Shown: positions 9,473-16,550 of the stretch, in pieces
Numbering within the stretch: the stretch's first letter is position 1
Layout of the letters: each line of letters starts with the position of its first letter
IMG/VR virus record: IMGVR_UViG_3300042868_002569
Span: 1-60,723 of that record
Direction: 5' to 3' (one strand)
From: a virus
Lineage: Duplodnaviria > Caudoviricetes
DNA length: 60,723 nucleotides
Translations under genes and position numbers: made by a program
Notes under the pieces: generated by a model
Told to the model about the DNA's origin: nothing
Database searches by the model: none
The model's input: the letters and a program-made list of their open reading frames with translations, nothing else

Positions 9473-10066
9473 ATGAAAAATTCTAAACCCGTAGTACAAA
9501 CAGGCGAAATGGTTGAGATGTTTAACGACCAAGAAATCGCTACCCTTAACGCATCTGCTACTGCATACGCAGACGCAGACGACGACCAAAACGAAGCGGT
9601 CAAAGAAATCGCCAAGGTACTTGGTGCAAAGCCAACTTGGTCACGTTACGAAGCTGGTCGTATCCGCATCTTCGCAGTACTCAAAGAAATCGGCAAAGGT
9701 GACGAGGCTATCAAATCGGTTTGGCGTCGTATGCGTGCCAACTTGGGTATCACGATACCAAGCTCGGACAATCCTGAATCGCAGAAAAAAGCGGAACAGC
9801 GTGCCAAGGCGAAAGTTGAAGCTCGTAAGGTGTACGACGGAAAGTCAGATTCGGTTTTGCAAACTGAAATCAAAACTTTGCTTGCGAACCCAACTTTGGC
9901 GAACATTGCCAACGCAGGGAAAATCACGAAAGAGCTTGAGGTTCGCTTTGACGATGCGAACAAAGCTCACGAAGATGATATGAAGCAGTTGCGTGATAAC
10001 TTGCGTGATTGGATTAAGACTGCGACCTATAAGCAGTTGCAAGATGCTTGGCATCATGTTGCGTAA
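9473..10066 (+). CDS. Early hypothetical protein, paralogue B
   Basis: Start set at MKNSKPV (RBS GGAG); the longer track ORF (9233) runs through a terminator and a promoter; similar to 8084-8737. Confidence 0.75.
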   Translation: MKNSKPVVQTGEMVEMFNDQEIATLNASATAYADADDDQNEAVKEIAKVLGAKPTWSRYEAGRIRIFAVLKEIGKGDEAIKSVWRRMRANLGITIPSSDNPESQKKAEQRAKAKVEARKVYDGKSDSVLQTEIKTLLANPTLANIANAGKITKELEVRFDDANKAHEDDMKQLRDNLRDWIKTATYKQLQDAWHHVA

Positions 10067-10084
10067 GCATTGCTTGCGTAGGGA

Positions 10085-10108
10085 AAGCCCACTTCGGTGG
10101 GCTTTTTT
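10085..10108 (+). terminator. Rho-independent terminator
   Basis: AAGCCCAC-TTCG-GTGGGCTT followed by further Ts. Confidence 0.9.
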
Positions 10109-10117
10109 ATTACATTG

Positions 10118-10144
10118 GACAAAGTGTCACGATGACACTCTGTC
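10118..10144. promoter_or_regulatory. PAL copy 3
   Basis: GACAAAGTGTCA-CGA-TGACACTCTGTC just after the terminator. Confidence 0.9.
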
Positions 10145-10151
10145 CTTTTTG

Positions 10152-10196
10152 TTATGCTCTGGTACAGAGCATAATCTAGTTTGTTTTATTTGTCAA
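10152..10196 (-). promoter_or_regulatory. Leftward sigma70-type promoter overlapped by a perfect 10-3-10 palindrome
   Basis: Minus strand TTGACA (10196-91)-17 bp-TATGCT (10173-68); TTATGCTCTG-GTA-CAGAGCATAA at 10152-10174. Confidence 0.7.
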
Positions 10197-10198
10197 GG

Positions 10199-10227
10199 GG
10201 GAACTGGTGGTAAGCGACGCAATAGCC
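10199..10227 (+). repeat. 29 bp direct repeat, copy 2
   Basis: GGGAACTGGTGGTAAGCGACGCAATAGCC. Confidence 0.9.
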
Positions 10228-10232
10228 CATGC

Positions 10233-10561
10233 AATGTTCCGTAAGTTCCGTGTAATGTTCCAGCTAAGTCGTTGATTATTAAGTAATGTTCTAATGTTCC
10301 TAATGTTCCGAGCTTTTTAGTAACTTTGGAAACGGAGAAAGCAAGACCCCCTTCAGATAGTGCAAGTCCTACGCAACAACTAATTTTAGTAATGGAGCCC
10401 GTCTACTATACTTATTAGAACATTAGAACATTATATATATATAGCTATAAATCTATTTTGTTCCGCTTATAAATCAACAACTTAGCAATGTTCCGCACTC
10501 TCAGAACATTCTAGAACATTACGGAACATTCGGAACAGTCCTTATAAATCAACAACTTAGC
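10233..10561. repeat. Putative replication origin: iteron arrays, AT-rich core and IHF-consensus sites
   Basis: About 14 full or partial AATGTTCY/RGAACATT units in both orientations; TA run at 10432-10443; WATCAANNNNTTR matches at 10265-77 (-), 10472-84 and 10547-59; 21 bp direct repeat CTTATAAATCAACAACTTAGC at 10466 and 10541. Confidence 0.7.
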
Positions 10562-10573
10562 CTAGACAAGCAC

Positions 10574-10602
10574 TTGACATTGTAAGCTATCTGTGGTAAA
10601 CT
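10574..10602 (+). promoter_or_regulatory. Strong sigma70-type early promoter
   Basis: TTGACA-17 bp-TAAACT with extended -10 TG. Confidence 0.85.
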
Positions 10603-10638
10603 AGAGGGGTGAGTGGGAAATTTTTTTTATTAACTTAC

Positions 10639-10666
10639 GACAGAGTGTCACCTTTGACACTTTGTC
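10639..10666. promoter_or_regulatory. PAL copy 4
   Basis: GACAGAGTGTCA-CCTT-TGACACTTTGTC followed by ACCAAGGAG RBS. Confidence 0.9.
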
Positions 10667-10683
10667 CTACCAAGGAGATTGTG

Positions 10684-10878
10684 ATGGCTATGTGTTGGTG
10701 TTGCGGTGAAAGCTTCCCCGATGAACGCAAGGTGCTAGGTTACAGCGTGTGCTTAGTGTGTGGCGATGAATTTGCCCATGCTCGCAAGTTCACAGTAGCA
10801 TGCAGTAACAAACAAGGGTATGAGCTAATCACAGACATATCCTTCCTTAAACAACTTAACCCAAAGAGGACAACATGA
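10684..10878 (+). CDS. C4 zinc-finger protein (DksA/TraR-like finger pattern)
   Basis: CWCCGESFPDERKVLGYSVCLVC; start set at MAMCW after the RBS. Confidence 0.65.
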   Translation: MAMCWCCGESFPDERKVLGYSVCLVCGDEFAHARKFTVACSNKQGYELITDISFLKQLNPKRTT

Positions 10879-11102
10879 CAACAATCAGGCAAATCATTAA
10901 CGAGATGGATACGACATGGTCAATCCACGATGAAGCATCGCACCGAGGCTTTAATTACGCAGAACATTGGATAGAAGAAACAAAGACCTTATTGCGTGAC
11001 GAGGGCATGACCTTGCACTCTGTAATGAAAACTGCATATATAGAAGGCTTTTTGCATGGCTTTGAGCACAAGTTTGATAGCACTAACTACGAGGAGAAAT
11101 GA
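10875..11102 (+). CDS. Hypothetical protein
   Basis: 75 aa, RBS GAGGA, ATGA overlap. Confidence 0.65.
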   Translation: MTTIRQIINEMDTTWSIHDEASHRGFNYAEHWIEETKTLLRDEGMTLHSVMKTAYIEGFLHGFEHKFDSTNYEEK

Positions 11103-11293
11103 TGGCAACACACTATAAGGGCGAACGGATTGATGAACTGTTGGGAGAAATCTCAACCTTGCAAGAAGTCCTAGACCAAAACCGAGAGGCAGGTAACATT
11201 CTGCCTTTCACGGAAATTCATGTGGCACAAGCCTACGCTACGCTTGCGTTGCGGAAAGCACAACTAACTTCGCTAAGGGGTGGTGATGCCTAA
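11099..11293 (+). CDS. Hypothetical protein
   Basis: 64 aa, RBS GAGGAG, ATGA overlap. Confidence 0.65.
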   Translation: MMATHYKGERIDELLGEISTLQEVLDQNREAGNILPFTEIHVAQAYATLALRKAQLTSLRGGDA

Positions 11294-11567
11294 AGCTATA
11301 CCTAAACCTATTATTAACCCAAACAACTTAGGTCAAGAGAGGTCAATAAATGAGCTACTAGGTCAACCTATTCTCAAGGATAGTTTGGACAGTAGCGTTC
11401 TGGCATTGACCGCAGTAATTAACGACCTTGATATGGCAACCAAAAAGGGTGTGACTGCTGACCATCGCAGACTACTTATTTGGAAGGCAAGAAACCAAAC
11501 CGAAGTGATTATCAAACTATTGGACATAGTGTCAAAATGCCACTCTGTCTCACAGGAGAAACCATGA
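11286..11567 (+). CDS. Hypothetical protein
   Basis: ~93 aa; its 3' end reads through PAL copy 5. Confidence 0.55.
   Translation: MPKAIPKPIINPNNLGQERSINELLGQPILKDSLDSSVLALTAVINDLDMATKKGVTADHRRLLIWKARNQTEVIIKLLDIVSKCHSVSQEKP
11523..11549. promoter_or_regulatory. PAL copy 5
   Basis: GACATAGTGTCA-AAA-TGCCACTCTGTC followed by CAGGAG RBS. Confidence 0.85.
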
Positions 11568-11740
11568 GAACCATAGTTAAAGAACGACACCGCAAGAAAG
11601 AACCAAGACCGCAAGACCGTATGCTTGCAGACTTTTTGCGTGCACCAACGGCTGAACAGAAACGCAAAGTCATTGAGCAGTTTGCACCGTTTTACTTTGC
11701 ACTAACCCCACGACAGGAGGAACAAAATGAAACTGTTTGA
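11564..11740 (+). CDS. Small basic hypothetical protein
   Basis: Start MRTIVKERHRKK after RBS AGGAG. Confidence 0.6.
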   Translation: MRTIVKERHRKKEPRPQDRMLADFLRAPTAEQKRKVIEQFAPFYFALTPRQEEQNETV

Positions 11741-11864
11741 AGATAAAGCGGACTACGAGGACTTCGTAGATTTCGCAGTAGGAACAGCTTGGGTATTACT
11801 ACTCACACTCATAGCATCAGGTATTGCTTTGATGGTGATGGTAGCACTAGGTTGGGTATTATAA
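11727..11864 (+). CDS. Small single-pass membrane protein (45 aa, not in ORF track)
   Basis: RBS AGGAGG; MKLFEDKADYEDFVDFAVGTAWVLLLTLIASGIALMVMVALGWVL. Confidence 0.65.
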   Translation: MKLFEDKADYEDFVDFAVGTAWVLLLTLIASGIALMVMVALGWVL

Positions 11865-11880
11865 GTTGTTGTTTAACATA

Positions 11881-11908
11881 GACAAAGTGTCAATGGTGAC
11901 ACTAAGTC
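11881..11908. promoter_or_regulatory. PAL copy 6
   Basis: GACAAAGTGTCA-ATGG-TGACACTAAGTC followed by TTAACCAAGGAGAAGTAAATG. Confidence 0.9.
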
Positions 11909-11926
11909 TTAACCAAGGAGAAGTAA

Positions 11927-12466
11927 ATGGACTTACCAATTGAAGTAATCAACGCAGTAAAACCAAAACCAAAGGCACGCAAGCCGTATGCACGTAAGCT
12001 AACTAAGCGTATCTTGCAAGCTATCGGTAGTGGGCTACGCACTTCAGCATCTATTGCTAAGGCATTGGATGTTGATAAAGCTAGGATTCAGTCTAACTTG
12101 CATCACATCAAGAACCGTGGGCTTGTCCATGCAACCAAGCAAGAAGGCAAGGTCGAGCTCAAGTATCACTTGGCAACGGAGACGGCAAAGCCGAAGGCAC
12201 GCAAGCCATATGCCAAGCGTGTGGCAAAAGTGGCAAAAGTGGCAAAAGTGGCAACGGTGGAAGTAAAACCAACTCTAATGCTAGGCAATTACGCCCGAGA
12301 ACTAGAAGTTAAGGTAGACCACATCACGAGCAAGCTCGTTTACTTGGAACAATCCTTGATAGATAAGGAGAAGGAAGTGTGGACTCTTGAGTGCGAAGTC
12401 TTTGATAAGAAAGCAATTATTAAATACTTGGAAGAGAAACTCTTTGCCCTTGGGGTGCGTGTATGA
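11927..12466 (+). CDS. Winged-helix DNA-binding protein with basic repeats and C-terminal coiled coil
   Basis: ILQAI..GLRTSASIAKALDVDKARIQSNLHHIKNRGLV is a wHTH pattern; KPKARKPYA occurs twice. Confidence 0.7.
   Translation: MDLPIEVINAVKPKPKARKPYARKLTKRILQAIGSGLRTSASIAKALDVDKARIQSNLHHIKNRGLVHATKQEGKVELKYHLATETAKPKARKPYAKRVAKVAKVAKVATVEVKPTLMLGNYARELEVKVDHITSKLVYLEQSLIDKEKEVWTLECEVFDKKAIIKYLEEKLFALGVRV
12221..12254 (+). repeat. 9 bp in-frame tandem repeat (GTGGCAAAA) x3 plus partial
   Basis: Encodes VAKVAKVAKVA. Confidence 0.9.
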
Positions 12467-13407
12467 GCCTAACCTCAATGCCTAACCACGCAGGCTTGCC
12501 TGTGTTGAAGGACTACTACCAAGCCAAGCAACACTTTGAAAATGTGAAGTCTATTCGTGGTAGGAAAGAAGACATCAAGCCACTTGGTCGTGAACGCAGG
12601 TATGACCAATACCTCATTCAGCAAACCATGCGAGCCGACCAATCGCAGGGTGTCACGCATATAGATTATGTGTGTGCCTTGTATAACTCGCCTGTCGTGA
12701 CCTTCATGCAAGATGGGCGAGTCACGCTAAATAGTAGTTGGAATAGTGTGCCTACTCGCTGCGTTATGCAGTATGTATTACGTGAGCATGGTGTGGTGGA
12801 TAGCCAAAGCGGTAAGTGGTACTTCATCAACAAGCGGAAAGAGGCTTTCTTAATTGGCAAAGAGATAACTCTGAAGTTTGATGCCGAGGGTATCTTGACA
12901 GGCGATATGCAACAGGAACATAAGCACTTGCTTAAACGCAAAGTGATGAACGACCTGCGGAATAAGTACAAGTTCTTTACGGACTATGCCTATACCATGC
13001 TATCGCTTGACCCAAGCACGCTACGCTTGGAAGTTGCCGAGGCTAGTCATGGACTAAACTTTAAAACACAACCAACATTTATCGGGCATAGACAGGGGTA
13101 TTGGGTGCAACAAATGAAAGACCACACCCCACCCAATAACAGGGCAAAGCTTTTCCAAGCATTGGATAGACCTAACGCTTCGGCCGATGCGTTGTTGCTT
13201 TACGAGCTTGCAACTTGTATTGCGTATGTCGTGGGTAGGTATGACTACACAATATGTAAGTCTGTGTGTGAGCCTAAGGCTTTCATTGAATCATTTAATG
13301 AGATTCTTAAGTATCACTTTGCAGATGCAGTATTTGAGAAGGTAGAGCAACCGCTTGGCTCATTGTTTATTGACAAGAACGCTAAGTACATTCCATACAA
13401 GAAGTAA
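12463..13407 (+). CDS. Hypothetical protein
   Basis: 314 aa ORF; stop codon abuts PAL copy 7. Confidence 0.75.
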   Translation: MSLTSMPNHAGLPVLKDYYQAKQHFENVKSIRGRKEDIKPLGRERRYDQYLIQQTMRADQSQGVTHIDYVCALYNSPVVTFMQDGRVTLNSSWNSVPTRCVMQYVLREHGVVDSQSGKWYFINKRKEAFLIGKEITLKFDAEGILTGDMQQEHKHLLKRKVMNDLRNKYKFFTDYAYTMLSLDPSTLRLEVAEASHGLNFKTQPTFIGHRQGYWVQQMKDHTPPNNRAKLFQALDRPNASADALLLYELATCIAYVVGRYDYTICKSVCEPKAFIESFNEILKYHFADAVFEKVEQPLGSLFIDKNAKYIPYKK

Positions 13408-13434
13408 GACAGAGTGTCATGGTGACACTATGTC
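13408..13434. promoter_or_regulatory. PAL copy 7
   Basis: GACAGAGTGTCA-TGG-TGACACTATGTC starting right after the TAA. Confidence 0.9.
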
Positions 13435-13462
13435 CATTTAACCAAACCGAAAGGAACTAAAA

Positions 13463-14557
13463 ATGTCAGAAGTATTTATGCACCGCACCGTAACCCTCAA
13501 AGAAGCAGAGGACTTAATCGTATCAATGGGTTCTGATGCAACGGCTCACCTTGTAGGAGAACCGGGGGTTGGTAAGACCTCTATGTTCAACAATATTGTT
13601 AAGAGAACTGGCTATAAAGGGATTTACATTGACGCACCGAACATCGAGTTGGGCGAGTTGGGTGTTCCGATTCCCAATCACGAAACCAAAACGACACGCA
13701 TCTATCCAAACGAGCAATGGGGTTTTCATCTTGACGAGCCATTGGTTATCTTTGTTGACGAGTTCACCAAGGCACACCAAGCAGTTAAGAATATGTTGCA
13801 TCCGATGCTCAATGAACCAAGGCAAATCATGGGTATCCCATTGCACAAGGATACGATAGTCGTAACGGCAGGCAATTACTCAGGCGATGGTGTTGGCGAC
13901 CACATGATGAGTCACTCTCGCAATCGTATTACTGTGCTGACAGTCAAGAAACCACACGCAGGCTTTAACATTGATGGTTCTATTGACGATGATTCATGGG
14001 GTAAGTGGGCTATCTCAAGTGACATTGCACCTGAGATTCTTGCGTGGGTGAAGGAGAATCCGCACACTCTCGCATCCTATACTGACGCATCACAGGCAGG
14101 CAACAAGTATATCTTCAACCCAAAGGAATCGCAGAAGTCTTTTGTCAGTCCTCGTTCCCTTGCTAGAGCAAGTAATATTCTTAAGAAACGCCATATGGTC
14201 ACAGTCAACGCAACGATTACCGCACTACAGGGTACGATTGGAGCACCTGCTGCGAATGACTTGATGTCATATGTGGAAGTAGCCGATTCACTACCAACAT
14301 GGGAAAGTATTATCAAAGACCCGAAAACTGCACAAGTGCCAACATCACCTGCCGCTTTATGTCTATTGGCTTTCTCAGCAGTTCAGCGTGTGGACAGAGA
14401 AACTATTAGTAAGTTCTTTGAGTACCTACAACGCACACCGAAAGAGTTGCAGTCTGTGTTCTGTATTACAGGTATGAAGAACGACGATAAGAAGAAGCTA
14501 TTCCTTACTAGCCAATCATTCGTTGAGTGGATGCGTACCAATCAGTATTTATTCTAA
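13463..14557 (+). CDS. MoxR-type (dynein-related) AAA+ ATPase
   Basis: Walker A GEPGVGKT, Walker B IFVDE, sensor TAGN, R-finger region RNR, sensor-2 SPRS. Confidence 0.85.
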   Translation: MSEVFMHRTVTLKEAEDLIVSMGSDATAHLVGEPGVGKTSMFNNIVKRTGYKGIYIDAPNIELGELGVPIPNHETKTTRIYPNEQWGFHLDEPLVIFVDEFTKAHQAVKNMLHPMLNEPRQIMGIPLHKDTIVVTAGNYSGDGVGDHMMSHSRNRITVLTVKKPHAGFNIDGSIDDDSWGKWAISSDIAPEILAWVKENPHTLASYTDASQAGNKYIFNPKESQKSFVSPRSLARASNILKKRHMVTVNATITALQGTIGAPAANDLMSYVEVADSLPTWESIIKDPKTAQVPTSPAALCLLAFSAVQRVDRETISKFFEYLQRTPKELQSVFCITGMKNDDKKKLFLTSQSFVEWMRTNQYLF

Positions 14558-14584
14558 GACGGGGTGTCATGTTGACACTTTGTC
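14558..14584. promoter_or_regulatory. PAL copy 8
   Basis: GACGGGGTGTCA-TGT-TGACACTTTGTC right after the TAA, then AACCAAGGAGAAGTAAATG. Confidence 0.9.
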
Positions 14585-14601
14585 CAACCAAGGAGAAGTA
14601 A

Positions 14602-14877
14602 ATGGAAGAAAAAGAAATGAAAGCTAGGAAGGAACAGTTAATCCAAATGCGAGATGCATTGGGTTCTTACTTCGAGAAGGAAGATATGGAAGTGGGCATG
14701 GTAATGTCCGTGCTACTTACCATGCTAGTTGAAACAATGATAGAGCACGCAAAAATGGAACCTCATACTGCCATGCTTGTTATGACTAAGGCTGTTGCTC
14801 ATGCATACGAGGGACTTAACGATGATGAAGAAGATGATAACGATGACACTAAAGGAGAAACACAATGGCTAAACTAA
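14602..14877 (+). CDS. Hypothetical protein
   Basis: 91 aa with acidic tail, strong RBS. Confidence 0.65.
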   Translation: MEEKEMKARKEQLIQMRDALGSYFEKEDMEVGMVMSVLLTMLVETMIEHAKMEPHTAMLVMTKAVAHAYEGLNDDEEDDNDDTKGETQWLN

Positions 14878-16094
14878 CTGCCGAGCAACGCATCGAGAAG
14901 GCTCATGTCCGCTTGATGCGACACCCAAACTATTGCTTGTTCTCAGGCTTATTCATGGTGGGTAAAGTAACAGTCGATGATGCAGTCGAGACTGCTAAGA
15001 CCAACGGTGTAGATGTAATCTATGGTAGAGAATTCGTTGACCGACTTAACGACAAGGAACTTGCTTTCCTTATCTTGCATGAGAATATGCACAAGGCTTA
15101 TCGCCACTTGATTGTGTGGGAATCTCTGTATCGCAAGAATCCACAGCTTGCTAACATGGCGTGTGACTATGTAATCAATCTGCAAATCCGTGATTACGAC
15201 CCACAATGCAATGAAACCGAGATGCCCAAAGATGCAGATGGTGAAGTCATGGGCTTGATTGACGAACAGTATCGTGGCATGGATGCATACCAAGTCTATA
15301 TATTGCTAGAGAAGGAGGAAAAGCAAGGCGGTAGCGGTGGTAGCGGTGATGGTAGCGGTCAGCCACAAGGCAATGGGAATGGTAAGCCACAACTTGACGA
15401 CCACGATTGGGAAGGTGCAAAGCAACAGACCGCCCAAGAGAAGGAACAAACAACTCGTGAAATTGAAGGTGCGTTGCGACAAGGTGCGTTACTTGCAGGC
15501 AAGATGAAAGGTAATCTCAGCCGAGAGATGCAAGACTTACTCACACCCAAGGTGAATTGGCGAGATGCATTGCGTGACTTCGTCAAGTCCTCAACTCAAG
15601 GCAAAGACCAAACCACATGGCGAAGATTGCATAAGCGTTACATTGGTATGGATATTATTATGCCGAGCACCTATGACGAGAAGGTGGGTAGCATCATGGT
15701 AGCCGTAGACACATCAGGTTCTATCGGTGGTGCAGAGCTTGCTCAGTTCTTGAGTGAGGTCAAGTCTATCTGTGAAGAAGTAAGTCCTGAGAAGATTGAC
15801 TTAATCTATTGGGATACTGAAGTTGCAGGTCATGAAACCTATCAAAGCAACGAGCTATCAAACATTACGCAAGTAACAGAAGCTAAGGGTGGTGGCGGTA
15901 CAGACCCATCATGCGTGCCTAAGTATGTAACTAAAAACAGACTTGAGCCTGAGTGCGTAATCATGCTAACCGACGGCTACATTGGGAGACAGAATGAAAA
16001 CGATTATCAGATTGGTAAGCCGTTTATGTGGTGCATCAAAGGTAATCCAAACTTCAACGAAGATGTCGTTGGAAAGGTTGTCCATGTCGAATGA
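14865..16094 (+). CDS. Metallopeptidase-like + VWA domain protein (DUF2201-type), partner of the AAA ATPase
   Basis: HENMH (HExxH), NMACDYVIN, MIDAS DTSGS, GGGGT, LTDGY. Confidence 0.85.
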   Translation: MAKLTAEQRIEKAHVRLMRHPNYCLFSGLFMVGKVTVDDAVETAKTNGVDVIYGREFVDRLNDKELAFLILHENMHKAYRHLIVWESLYRKNPQLANMACDYVINLQIRDYDPQCNETEMPKDADGEVMGLIDEQYRGMDAYQVYILLEKEEKQGGSGGSGDGSGQPQGNGNGKPQLDDHDWEGAKQQTAQEKEQTTREIEGALRQGALLAGKMKGNLSREMQDLLTPKVNWRDALRDFVKSSTQGKDQTTWRRLHKRYIGMDIIMPSTYDEKVGSIMVAVDTSGSIGGAELAQFLSEVKSICEEVSPEKIDLIYWDTEVAGHETYQSNELSNITQVTEAKGGGGTDPSCVPKYVTKNRLEPECVIMLTDGYIGRQNENDYQIGKPFMWCIKGNPNFNEDVVGKVVHVE

Positions 16095-16341
16095 CGATAC
16101 CCCATTTATTATTAGCGTAGCTAATGTCGTGCTAGACAAAGACGAACTAGCCGAGCTCATGTCTTTCTTGCGTAGTAAGAAGTTCTTGTATCGTGAATAC
16201 AAAGGCGCAAACAAGGGCTTTGATGGTGGCGAGTATGACTTCTCGTTTGTCAGATGTGATGAGAAATCAAGGGTAGAGATTTCGCCTGTCAATGAAGCAT
16301 TGTGGTTGTACTTAAATACTTTTGGAAAGGAAACTAAATGA
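16084..16341 (+). CDS. Hypothetical protein
   Basis: Start set at MSNDDTPF. Confidence 0.55.
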   Translation: MSNDDTPFIISVANVVLDKDELAELMSFLRSKKFLYREYKGANKGFDGGEYDFSFVRCDEKSRVEISPVNEALWLYLNTFGKETK

Positions 16342-16523
16342 CTACCGTACCTAAAGGTCGTGCTAAAGATGGCAAGGTCAATGTCAGTCTTAATCCTGAG
16401 ACTGTGGAGATGCTTGCCGTTATCAAAGATAAGATGGCTGAGGATATGGGGTTCAAGCTAACCTATTCTCAAGCAATCCAACATTTAATTAAGTATTACG
16501 AAAACGACAGAGTGTCAAACTGA
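16338..16523 (+). CDS. Possible ribbon-helix-helix DNA-binding protein
   Basis: KVNVSL beta-strand then two helices (ETVEMLAVIKDKM / TYSQAIQHLIKY); 3' end overlaps PAL copy 9. Confidence 0.5.
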   Translation: MTTVPKGRAKDGKVNVSLNPETVEMLAVIKDKMAEDMGFKLTYSQAIQHLIKYYENDRVSN

Positions 16524-16532
16524 CACTCTGTC
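16506..16532. promoter_or_regulatory. PAL copy 9 (perfect 12-3-12)
   Basis: GACAGAGTGTCA-AAC-TGACACTCTGTC then TTAACCAAGGAGAAGTAAATG. Confidence 0.95.
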
Positions 16533-16550
16533 TTAACCAAGGAGAAGTAA

